From assembly GCA_030295235.1 (NCBI GenBank), contig AP026125.1, forward strand, positions 248,001 through 312,000: 64,000 nucleotides of DNA, read 5' to 3'. Numbering within the stretch: the first letter of the stretch is position 1; every line of letters begins with the position of its first letter. The DNA comes from Fistulifera solaris. Its lineage: Eukaryota. The notes beneath the pieces are model-generated. The model made no database searches, was not told the DNA's origin, and saw only the letters and a program-made list of their open reading frames with translations. Positions 52,166 to 62,689 of the stretch are shown here, in pieces. The position numbers were made by a program, and so were the translations under genes.

Positions 52166-52513
52166 ATACGTCTTTATACGACTGGCGAAGGAGTTCTCTG
52201 CAAGAAAGTGTACAGACCCGCCAAAGACTGTTCCTAAGTACTCGAGGGTGTGTCACGCAAGCCACCCGAAAACGTCCATAGGTGCAAGATTGGAAATAAC
52301 GGTTTAACGTCTAAACCAACCAACGGAACTTTCGGCGGGACTGCCGGAGAGTCCCGACCGACGGGGAACTCGTCCGGGTTTCGTCGTGTTCGGCGACCGC
52401 CTCGTTGCGATGGATGCGCATTCTGTGAAAATAAGATCTCCCTGCACTCTATTCCTTCGCCACAATGACATTATGTATTGTTGACTAAGTCGCTAAAGAA
52501 AAGATAAGGGAGA

Positions 52514-53535
52514 ATGAATTCGTCATCGAACGTTTTTGGTTCGATGCAAATCGATCAACAACCCGCCCTGTTTGCCTTGACCGAACACGAATCCTCCTAT
52601 CGTCTCGCCATTGCGCAAACTTCCGGTACCTTTCAAGTCCAACTTTCACTTCAAGATCTTCCCCACGAAGGAGTGGAATTTTTGAAACGACAATTATTCG
52701 AAAAAGACCCCGCGTATACGACACGTTACGAATCATCTCCGGACTCGATAAAGATGCAAATTTCGCAACAATTGTCGTCGGGCATTGTTCGCCAAATCTG
52801 GGAAACCACGTTATTGCGTGCGGGTACTTTATTTGGGTTTACCGAACAACTGTTGCAGTTTCAGCAACACGGTCAAACTTCCGGCGAGAAATTACAAACG
52901 ACGTTGCGACAAATCGAACACGATCGGGAGGAATGGAAAAGGACGGCCCAGCAACTCGAACACGTCTGGCAAACCGAGAAGAGTGAATTGTTGGACAACT
53001 TTTTAGTTTTGTACCATCACCAAAAAGAAAGGACGACGAAGGCACAAGAACGCATTCACGAGTTGGAGCAATTGTTACAAGAAAAGAGCAAGAACTCACG
53101 AATGTCAAAAACAACAATAAGAGCGACGATCATCGCATATTGCTGCAAAATGAACCAGATGATATGGATACGGAACTTTATCCACAAGAATTGGTCGATC
53201 GATTGGCGGGTGGGAAGAAGGTAAAGAAACGACCTGCTACGACAACAACAAAAGCCGTCGTACCCAAAAAGAGGCGGAATCAAGCGACCGGTGCTATGGA
53301 ATATTTTGATGCAGACGAAGCGGTGACGGATTTGATATTGCAGACGGAACAGAAGAATAGTGATGCGAAAGAGAATCCTTTAGAATCCGAAAGGAAGAAC
53401 GACAGTAAGAAAGCCCGCGGAAAGAATGCAAAGGACGATAGTTCGACCGACTCGGCGGGAAATTATTCGTACAGCAGTGAACTGGATAGCGATATTTTGG
53501 CGCAATTGGCGGCAATGAAGAAGAGGGGCGATTAA
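52514..53535 (+). CDS. XRCC4-like NHEJ protein; frameshift near 53080-53140
   Basis: Beta-rich head, then a long coiled coil with 'EKSELLDNFLVLYHHQK' (compare the XRCC4 LigIV-binding 'E..LY.RF..VLNEKK', recalled), then a charged tail with NLS-like PKKRR. Confidence 0.55.
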
Positions 53536-53598
53536 AAAAGGATGTTTCCTTTCACACGCCTCGGAGGTGTGCTACCCCGCCGTTTCTCCGCCATCATT

Positions 53599-54557
53599 TT
53601 ATTCATAATCTCGAATTTCAATTTCAAACACCATTTCCATACTCTTTTGTATACACACGGCGACATCTTGGACGGACGGCGGTGCTTTCTTTACTCCCCG
53701 TTCTGCCCACACCTTAGCGATACTCGTGACACCTCGTCCATCCAATCCACACGGTAATATCTGTGATGTATCAAAATACGATAAATTCGGTGCAACATTG
53801 ATAGCAAACCCGTGATACGTAATCCACCGCGAGGGAGGATACGCCAATGGCGGCAATCTTATCGTGACCGACCCATACTCCACTATTAATCTCGTCGCGA
53901 CGTCCTTCTATCTCATAATTCGTCAGCGCCGTGAGTATCGACTCTTCCAATTGACGGACAAACCAGTGCAAATCTTTACGAAAGGGTGCCCGCTGCAAAT
54001 CAAAGATGGGATACACCACCAACTGACCCGGACCATGAAACGTGACTTCTCCACCCCGTTCGACCCGATAAATGGGTATCCCCTGCGGACTGAAAACCGG
54101 GGTCGCTTCACGGCACTGACGATCCAATCGCGCCGAACCGGGTCCCCGCGACGTTCGTGACAACCGTTCTCGTTCATCGACACTTAATTTGTCAAAAAGG
54201 TCAAATGCTGCTCGTTGGCTCCTCGTCCCAACGTATAGACGGGAAAATGTTCGAAAAACAGAATGGTATTCGGGCGCTGCGATTGCAATGCCCACCCTTG
54301 CGCATAGGGGATGCATCCTTTCGAGAGATAATTGCGCGCCAAGCAGGTTGGTCGCATTCCGGAAGGGCCTCACGCAAAGTTAAGGCGACTTGTTGTGTAA
54401 TATAGCAAGAATTCACTCCGAATACTCGTAGTAATGACAAGTAATGACAAGAAAGGTACCCTCGTATTATCGCCTTTTTTGCTTTAGCGATGATGAATTG
54501 CGGACTGTGAATGAGGCGATAATGTTTTTTATTATCGGAAAGAAGCCAGAGCGACAT
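53599..54557 (-). CDS. lipB: Octanoyltransferase LipB/LIP2; several frameshifts, start uncertain
   Basis: EHFPVYTLGRG (third frame), RVERGGEVTFHGPGQLVVYPI, GVWVGHDKIAAIGV, RWITYHGFAINV..ILPCGL. Confidence 0.9.
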
Positions 54558-54868
54558 GAAAATGGTCACACGCGCAATCTTATCATCTTTTGAGTCTATC
54601 TTGACCTTAGAAATACCCGTTACCTGGTACCGGGTACTTTGTTTCACACCAGCTCTAGCTAAAGTAGTAAACTTCAATTCTAGTTATTCTGGTGTCTAAG
54701 AGCTGCAGTTACATCCTCGGCGCTTTTAATTTTTGCGAGGCAGTCGCCGCTTCGGTCCCTCGGTTAAAAATGTAATCCCATCTGTAGACATAGGACTTGA
54801 AAATGAGAGCTACCCTTGGCGACCATGCATGCTAGCTCAAACAGTGCTGTGCCCAGCCGGTGCTCGTA

Positions 54869-55438
54869 TCACCCGATTTGCATACTATCATCGGCGGCCC
54901 GCGCCAAGGCCGTTTCACTGCGGCAATCCAAACAAAGATCGGTCACGAACCCGTCCGCATCGTAATCGACGGTTCGACAAAATTTGCAATACCCATGACC
55001 GCATACTCCACACGCGGCCACGCATTCGTGACACACGGGCTTTTCACAAAACGTACACGATTGTCGTTGTGACGTACTTTCCAAGTCCACGACAACGGGT
55101 GGTGCAACCGCCGGAGACGCTTGAAAATACGACCACAGGGTGGTATTCCGCAAACCGGCGCGTGGCTGTGTCATCGTCATGGTAGAAAAGACGCGTTGAC
55201 AAACGGCACAACTGTCACGGGTCGGAGGAGGCTTCGTTGTTTCGCGTGGGGGTTTCTGGTTCCACCATGCTTCTTTCGCGACTACGGGTGGCGACGGAGC
55301 TAAAATAGGCGTTTCTAATAAAACAGTATCGGCAAGCCGTATTCGTTTCAGAGGCGATGCAAACATTTCACGATCGTCATATCTTCGTTTGTTTTCTGGA
55401 TGCGAGAGAGAATAATTACTACTTAGAGAATGATCCAT
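54869..55438 (-). CDS. SIVA-like zinc-finger protein with a PIP-box-like motif
   Basis: CAVC...CTFCEKPVCHECVAACGVCGHGYCKFCRTVDY...LCLDC matches the SIVA Cys spacing; NTTLWSYF motif. Confidence 0.65.
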   Translation of the reverse strand: MDHSLSSNYSLSHPENKRRYDDREMFASPLKRIRLADTVLLETPILAPSPPVVAKEAWWNQKPPRETTKPPPTRDSCAVCQRVFSTMTMTQPRAGLRNTTLWSYFQASPAVAPPVVVDLESTSQRQSCTFCEKPVCHECVAACGVCGHGYCKFCRTVDYDADGFVTDLCLDCRSETALARAADDSMQIG

Positions 55439-55593
55439 GCTATCTGTTTTTTTCCTGCTTTATGCGTTGATTGTTTTCGAATGTTAATTATTTGTTGAAA
55501 ACGAGTGAATGAACCCTTGCAAGCAAGCCGCTTCTCTAAAAAAATTTCCCTCCAAAACGTGCGGCTTGCGAAAATGCAAAATCAAAACTCGAT

Positions 55594-55665
55594 TGTCATC
55601 GCGGCGAATCGAACGCCGGTTTACCGGACCACAACCGGTGGTACTAACCACTATACGACGATGAC
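55594..55665 (-). tRNA. tRNA-His (GUG)
   Basis: Reverse complement GTCATCGTCGTATAGTGGTTAGTACCACCGGTTGTGGTCCGGTAAACCGGCGTTCGATTCGCCGCGATGACA forms a cloverleaf with anticodon GTG; G-1 is not encoded. Confidence 0.96.
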
Positions 55666-55809
55666 TTAGCCGTTGGTAGTGTTTTTGCGCAACTTAGTTT
55701 CTGTTTTCGATATAGTTACTACGTACTCGCAATAAACATATGCCCAATCAATTACGAGACGGATAAATAACCATTCCTTGCTGAAAAACTAGACCTATTC
55801 TACATTGTT

Positions 55810-56900
55810 TTAAGAAAACAAACGACAATACTCTGCCATGGCCGTCATGGCTTGCACATGTCGATTGCCCGGCGGAGCCGTTGGCACATACGGTCGTTCC
55901 CGCAACCACAATTGCGCAATCCATTTATCCCCGGAGACCACTTGCTGTCCACAATGCAACGTCCGGATATCGTAGGGCGTCTCGGGGAGACCACCGGCGG
56001 CCGGAAAAAGAGCAACGCCGTTCCTTGCGTAGGTCGGACCGCCAGTCGTTGGCCGTGCTCGTCTTGTAAATCGCGAAAGAGGGTGGCACCGCCGTCTTCT
56101 ACCGACATATCGGTCAAATACACCAGCAACGTTGCAATGCGTTGACTGTCTTGTTTTTCGGTAGGCCCTAGAGCATCCAAATGCCACGTAAATTTTTCCT
56201 TGCGACGGTATCGTACCGTTTGTGGTTCTTCCCAACAATCAATGGAATCGAGTCCCAACAAACGCGATGCTTTGACCATGAGTTCCGGGACACTGGCGAA
56301 TGGGTGATACCATGTTGTACTGGTCCGTTGCGCTTTCGCAGCAGCATCTTTACCGACTGTAGGAGAGCGGCTTTCGAGAGAATTCGTATGGGTGGAAAGA
56401 GCCAGGTAACGTTGGCATTCGTCGGCGGTAAAAAAGTTGGGAACGGAGATGACGAGAGGATCCACGTGCAAGACTTGCAAATTGCTAAAAGGGGGTAGAC
56501 TATCAAACATGGTGGAAGATGAATCCAAAGTTGGACTCTCCGACAATGTTAAGAGATTTTGCAATAGTGAAGTAGTACTCGATGCTGGCGTATCGTAATT
56601 GAAGTCCGGAAAACCATAAATTTGATCCAATCGTTGATAAATTTCGCTCGAAAATGTAGTTCTATCGGATGGAATCAATGTCGACAGAATATTCGGATCC
56701 AAGCTCGGAAATATAGCATAATCATCTTCGATTTTGGGTGCTTTCTTGGGCATGCCGAATCCGCCACCACCCTGTCGTCCTTTGGCGTGCAAAGCGGACG
56801 TCGGTTTCGGATCTCTGCACAGAAAGCCGTCTGCAATTTCTGACACGAATGCCAGCAGTAGGAGAAGGCATTTGTTGTTCGTTAGTATCATCATCGTCAT
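55810..56900 (-). CDS. Prolyl 4-hydroxylase-like 2OG-Fe(II) oxygenase, probably plastid-targeted; frameshift near 56005
   Basis: Signal peptide ending ADG|F; DPLVISVPNFFTADEC, RTSTT, EEPQTVRY, HLD, RIATLLVYL, GGATLF; second frame RTLHCGQQVVSGDKWIAQLW. Confidence 0.88.
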
Positions 56901-57164
56901 ATTTTGAAGCGGCGTTGTAAGTTGTAATGAGTAATGATGCAAAATGGAAAAAACACGGACGAGATGTCTGTCGTCTGTCCGTACGTCATCCGTTTTTCAC
57001 TACTAAAGCATCCGCGACTGACAATGAATCAGTCACGTTTGCCTCATTCTTTCGCAAAATAAAGCGAGCGTTGTGCTATAGTTGCTAAAACATAAAACAA
57101 CCAAAAGAATGTCTTTTGTTACCAACTAACTGATGAGATAACACTACAGAGTATAATAGATAGA

Positions 57165-57545
57165 ATGCAAGCAGTGAAAAGCAATCCCTACCGATCGGGT
57201 CGTGCGACACCGCAATGGATGATATTCTGGGTCAAAGTTCTTCTCGTTCTCATTCTTCTCTTGCTGTTGCCCCAACTGGTGGATGGGAAGAAGAAGATGA
57301 CTCGAAAAACGATCCGAAAATGGATACGAAAAATTCAATCGCACTGCCGTGATCATGTTTGTTTCTCGGGTCGGCTGGGAGAATCGATGAATTGTATTCT
57401 TTTCTGTGTATCACCGGCGTGTTACGAATCGGTCTATGGTGACATGCCGTTAGAAGACGGTGAAATCGATTTGGTGCGAGAGGCAGCGTACGAAACCTGT
57501 TTACAAAAGGAATTACGACAGAAACGAATGGTCGCTACCGAATGA
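57165..57545 (+). CDS. Small secreted Cys-rich protein, DUF4787-like
   Basis: Signal peptide; NCILFCVSPACYESVYGDMPLEDGEID..RE..Y..C. Confidence 0.7.
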   Translation: MQAVKSNPYRSGRATPQWMIFWVKVLLVLILLLLLPQLVDGKKKMTRKTIRKWIRKIQSHCRDHVCFSGRLGESMNCILFCVSPACYESVYGDMPLEDGEIDLVREAAYETCLQKELRQKRMVATE

Positions 57546-57712
57546 ATCCTCGTCTCGTTTCATTATGTTTCATACGATTGCTTCTTTCACACTTTCTGTA
57601 CATAGAATAATAACAAATTAGTCCGAAAATGACCATTATTTGCTATCGTTCGAACTGTTGACTCATCTGGGTGAATGTTACTTCCTTTTCGTTTGAATCT
57701 TCTCTCTTTTTA

Positions 57713-58450
57713 TCAACCATTCACTTCTTCCAGCGTCAGCTCGTCACCAAAACTCGCCATTTCAATCGTACGTTTCCCGGTCCAATCATCTTCATCCAAA
57801 AATTCGTGTGAAATGTCATCCAAAGAATCATCAAAATCGGTATCAATGTAATGCGCGGCCACGGCACGATATTCCCCCCGTGACATTGATCTTCGTCGGT
57901 TCCGTACGAATCGCAGGGTTACGAACAAAGCCGCCCCCACGCTCAAAACAGCGAAGAAGGGATGATTCTGTGAAAACGTGGTCGTTTGACACATCATTCG
58001 ACGCATCCAACTGGCATTCGTAGAACACGATTTGTGCTGAGTTGTTTTTGGTGGTGGCGATGGATCCGATATGGTTATCGAGGGATGATGATTGAGCGTT
58101 TTGTTTTTCGCGGGAGAAATGTGTGGTTCCATAGTTGCGTGATCTGAATGTTGATACGTGTAGTTGAATTCTGGATCCGACAGTGGATTGGTCATGTTCA
58201 TTATAACGTCGTGTGAATTTTGTTCCGCTTTCACATCATCGTCGTCGACATGAATCACATCATCATCTTGCTGCGGGTTCGCCTCGGAAGGACTGTCCGT
58301 CGGTATATAATGTTGATACGTTTCATTGAACGCCGGATCGGAGAGAGGATTCGTCATGTTCATGACCGGCGGAGGACCGAGTAACAGCGATGTGACGTCT
58401 GGCTCTTCCAGGCGTCGATGCGACGCGATTCGCGATTTCGTTCGCGTCAT
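57713..58450 (-). CDS. Single-TM protein with RRL motif, an internal 19-aa duplication and a YxxPhi/acidic cytosolic tail
   Basis: HRRLEE; VMNMTNPLSDPAFNETYQH and IMNMTNPLSDPEFNYTYQH; TM FFAVLSVGAALFVTL; YRAV. Confidence 0.65.
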   Translation of the reverse strand: MTRTKSRIASHRRLEEPDVTSLLLGPPPVMNMTNPLSDPAFNETYQHYIPTDSPSEANPQQDDDVIHVDDDDVKAEQNSHDVIMNMTNPLSDPEFNYTYQHSDHATMEPHISPAKNKTLNHHPSITISDPSPPPKTTQHKSCSTNASWMRRMMCQTTTFSQNHPFFAVLSVGAALFVTLRFVRNRRRSMSRGEYRAVAAHYIDTDFDDSLDDISHEFLDEDDWTGKRTIEMASFGDELTLEEVNG

Positions 58451-59059
58451 TCTAAATCTTCTTATGGATTGCTACTGATTAAAGGGAATACTTGCAGTAG
58501 ATCACTACGTCTTGGCGTTGCTTGTGTTTGTTTAGTTTTTCCATCATCGTCGCCTTCTATCGTATCGTTGTCGATCGTGCCCGTCGTGCGCGTTGTTCCC
58601 GAACGCAACGAACGACGGCCAAAAACCGTCTGCTCGTCGGCGGCAGGTGGAAGATCAATAACCGATGCGACGCTTTGGCACTGGAATGCTGCGAATACAC
58701 AGTGCTGCGCTTCGAGCTGATGTCAACAGGATACACAAACGACAAAAAAGGATCTACGAATCGAAGATGATTGATTGCTATAGAGATGATCGCTAACAAT
58801 CGTGAAGGAGCGGCAAAGACGGTAACAGTACGATGGCAGCGTTCGGTTGACCAGGTTTTTTCGATGTGCGAGCGAGTAGATCAGTTCATGAAGAGGGGTG
58901 ACCCGTCACAATCAGCCAAGTTGACGAGGAAGTAATAAGGAGGAGAAAAGATATTTCTGATGACGAAATGAGGCTTTACACTATTGGTGGATGGATCGAA
59001 AAGAAAAAGTCCAGAGACCGCCTGTTATGTTCTTCATTATCGCAGTACTTTTGTCTAAA

Positions 59060-59659
59060 TCAAAAGTAAAGCACCGAAGCTACGGCCGCCATACCCTGAA
59101 GACGGGACGATGAACTGACTTGCTGCATTTGAAGGACGTTCGTACCAGAATCGGTCGTACCGGGATCGGTGGAGGGCGCATCCGAGGCGTCGGGGTCTTC
59201 GTCGTCAAAAGAATCCATGGAAGGACCATCGCGATCATCGTCGCAGGAATGATTCGAGTCCATGGAGAAGTTGTGGTGATGAAAGAAGTGGTCACCATCG
59301 AAGGAATGATTGCCGTGGAAGGAATGATTGCCAAAGGTAACGTTTCCGTACATGGTGTGATTGCCACCGTGATGCGGCCTACCACCCATCTGGAGCTTTC
59401 TCCCGTCCGGTGCGTCGGAAGAGCGATCATGGTCACAGGGACGGTCCATGGGGTCGCCATGATGAAAGTCGTGATCAAAGGAAGGATCGCGCGAGTTTCC
59501 ATTCATGGAATGACGACCACCGTGATGCGGCCTGCCACACTGCTGAAGGTCACGCTTTCTCAAAAGATCACTGGTCATTGGAGGCGGATGGACCATCATG
59601 GGGTGACCCGTGCCCGAAGCAATACAAGAGGCAATGAGGAAGACGGTAGAGAATTTCAT
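59060..59659 (-). CDS. Secreted His/Asp-rich protein, probable GPI anchor
   Basis: Signal peptide; LRKRDLQ; GRPHHGG twice; GNHSF repeats; C-terminal [15 protein letters not shown] followed by a hydrophobic tail. Confidence 0.75.
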   Translation of the reverse strand: MKFSTVFLIASCIASGTGHPMMVHPPPMTSDLLRKRDLQQCGRPHHGGRHSMNGNSRDPSFDHDFHHGDPMDRPCDHDRSSDAPDGRKLQMGGRPHHGGNHTMYGNVTFGNHSFHGNHSFDGDHFFHHHNFSMDSNHSCDDDRDGPSMDSFDDEDPDASDAPSTDPGTTDSGTNVLQMQQVSSSSRLQGMAAVASVLYF

Positions 59660-60125
59660 GTTCTTTGTCGAAATTGCGATTGTCTTGCTTTACAAGATCA
59701 ATGATCCGATATTTTGTGAGGATAGAAATCTCGGCATGGGTATTCAAAAGTGGTGTTTGGTACGATTCCTAGAGATGATCTCTCGGATCCACGAGTTGAA
59801 CCGTCTCCGACAAATCAGAAGATGGATCAGCCGATGCGACAGGCATGTTGTGTCGCTCCTTTCCCAACAGAAAGTCGTGTGTACGAATTGAAACACAAAC
59901 AACAAATATTCGCCATGGTCTAGTATTTGTCCTGTCGTGCGTAATTATCCATTTGTGAACATTGTCAACAATGACAGGGCGACTCTTCGGTGCAGATCGG
60001 TGACTTTTGAAGTTACTGTCGAGTCGGGCTACGAGCTTTCAGCTGACAGACGTGAAGAAGTCACAATCTACGAAAGAAGGTCACTAGCGATGGCAATCTA
60101 CTCTAAAGTTAATCTTTTCTCTAAA

Positions 60126-60729
60126 TCAAAAGTAAATGGAAGCAGCAGCGAATGCTGTTGCTTCGACGAAAAAAAGGGCGGAACGATGAGCTGACTTGCT
60201 GCATCTGGAGCACGCTAGTACCCTCTTGTGCATCCGTGGTGGATTCCGAATCCGACGATGTGCTATCCACGGAATCATTGTCCGACGAGGAGTTGTCGGA
60301 ACTAGTGTCGATGGATGGGTTAGTGTCCATCGATGCAGTATCGGAGGTGTCATCCGCGGAAATAGTGTCCGAAGTATCATCTGCCGACGGGGTCCCCGTG
60401 GTATCGTCGGCCGACGGATTATCGGAGGTGTCATCGGCCGACGGGTTGTCGGGGGTTTCGTCGGCCGATGGGTTGTCGGGGGTTTCATCGACCGACGGAT
60501 TATCGGAAATATCGTCTACCGACGGATCATCTGTGGTATCGTCGGCTGACGGATCATCGAAGGTGTCATTCATCTTGGGATCTTGGAGCTGACGCTTTCT
60601 CAATTGGATACTTTCGCTATTCATAGCGGGGGCCCTTGCTTTGACCAGTATGCGTTGGTTCTCTCCCATGGCGGTGCTCATGCTGGAAAAACAAGCAAGT
60701 AGTAAAACAGAGGCGACGGGAAACTTCAT
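60126..60729 (-). CDS. Secreted Asp/Ser/Thr-rich repeat protein, paralog of 59060-59659; frameshift near 60170-60185
   Basis: Signal peptide; LRKRQLQ; about 8 PSADDTxDN-type repeats; [13 protein letters not shown]; hydrophobic tail [16 protein letters not shown] in the adjacent frame. Confidence 0.75.
60330..60560 (-). repeat. Degenerate 27-bp coding tandem repeat (PSADDTxDN)
   Basis: Recurrent tcatcggccgacgggttgtcgggggtt-like units on the + strand. Confidence 0.85.
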
Positions 60730-61689
60730 ATTGGATACTTTTTATGCAAGTGATGGGTGAGTAAACTTTGGATCTGTGAATTTGTGAGGACGCTGTCAAA
60801 AGTTGTGGCGGTTTTGGTACGATTCAAATCACAATCGGCTTGGACTTAGTCGTGACTTGCAGTCCGTCGTCCGTCACTTGGTTCTAGACGGCCAATGTCC
60901 CTGCTGCCTTTCAGTATTTTTGCAGTGTAGATCTAACCTTGTCGCCCATGCGTGCCCGCTCTTCGCCCTGCTCTCTGCTCTCTCCTCATTATTTAGTCTA
61001 AAGTGACTCCACAGAAATAATTTGACTAGACCTAAACCAAGCCTAAACTATGATGAGATTTTTTTAGTCAAATTCTAGATCTCCTCTAGAGTTAACGTTA
61101 AACCAGGAGAAAGCGGAGAAAAATGCAAAACGCGTATTACCACGTACTTTAGACTTTACTATGTACTACGAAAGGTATACTACAGCGTACGGAATACGGA
61201 ATACTTTAAAACTGATACAACTCATTACAACGAACAACGAACATCGAACATGGAGCATTATTACTTGTACTTGAACATCTTTCCGCTTTCCGCTTCTTCA
61301 CTATTCATTCACTTTTCACTTTCACTATTCTCTATTTTCACAAGTTCAAGTTTCCTACCTGTACTACGTACTACCTACCGCGCTTACGTAATAAAGCAGA
61401 AATAATGAACAAGTACACATGCGCATACAGTAAATGACCTGGTTAAGAGAAGCAGATGTTCTTTTCACGGTTTACTCATTTGGCCTATACTTACGTCGCC
61501 TTTTTAGATTCGCCGCTGACACGAACCATCTTGCCGATTTTGGTTCGGTTTTGGACCGAGAAAAGATCGGCCTTTTCGTCCTGTTGGTCTCATCCGTCGT
61601 CAACAACTTGTCCTCACTTTCGACAAACCAATAGATTGTTCTCCTCTCGTATCTTTGAGAAGGAGATAATAATAGCAGAACTTTTAGTA

Positions 61690-62348
61690 ATGTCTATCGA
61701 TGATCAAAGCCAAGATACGGAAGCAGTTTACGTGCATCCGGCTCTTCATGAATCAAGGAAATTACAGAATTCCGAGTCCGACGAATTACCTCCGTTAGAA
61801 ACTTCCACCGTTTCCTCCGGCTGTGCGGACGATGACGGTTCAATATCTTCGGTCTCTACGGTAACAAGTGTATCACATAAAGGAGTTCGCCCCCGATCGT
61901 TGTTCGCTACATACTGGGAGAGAAATGGAGGACGAGGTAGCTCGCCTCCACTTTCTCCGTTACCCGATGAAGTTGTAGCCTCATGCGAACCCAAACAGTC
62001 CGCAGATGAAACGCTATCCAAAGATATTTCTTACGAGGAGATCATTCAGGAAACAGCCGTAAGAAGTCCCGAAATCATTGCTCATGGGCGAAGGCGGATT
62101 TTTGGACAAGTTCCGTCAAGCAGTAGTGCACCTTTTCTGCCTGCGCTGGCCGAAACGGGAGAATTTCGAAAGACGAAATCAACTTCAGCTTTGGGTGCAA
62201 AGAAAGGATGCTTGCGTTCCTCGTTCAGGAAACAAGATCGGCGTCCATCGGATAATTCGGTCACGTTCAGTCCGAGAGTCGATGTTCGGATTTTTGAAAC
62301 ACCACTATGCAGTGGGCTGCTAAGGGATGGTCGAAGTTGTTCAGTTAA
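61690..62348 (+). CDS. Ser-rich hypothetical protein with an RVxF-like motif; frameshift near 62300
   Basis: RSLFATYW, GCLR..SVTFSPRVDV; a plausible C-terminus (QWAAKGWSKLFS*) lies in the adjacent frame. Confidence 0.55.
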
Positions 62349-62689
62349 AGTACAACCACAAACGACATAGAGGCACTAAGCTATAGATTAAAAGCAATAA
62401 AAGTATCCAAGCTTCATTTCATTTTCCCATGTGATTGGATCGATCATTATTTGGATTCTTTCCATCGGATAAACATTAGGATGTAACGTGACTTCACGGT
62501 CCCGCACGTAATTATTTCGTGATGTCCCTAATTTTGACAACGTCCGACGTTGAGATGTGAGGATTGAGGACTGCAAATCTTCGCCCGTCCGTCTACCGTA
62601 CCTTTTCGTGATTAACATCATTCCCGTGTGTATTGGTAGTGGAAACAGTGTTGATTGTTTTTCTTTAATCATTTGGTTAATATTAGTCA

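Noticed and set aside
55666..55666. tRNA-His lacks an encoded G-1
   Set aside because: Normal for eukaryotes, where Thg1 adds it.
60330..60560. Repeat array considered as CRISPR
   Set aside because: Contiguous in-frame 27-bp coding units with no spacers, in a eukaryotic context.
59120..60592. Long antisense and alternative-frame ORFs over the repeat proteins
   Set aside because: Expected shadows of low-complexity coding repeats.
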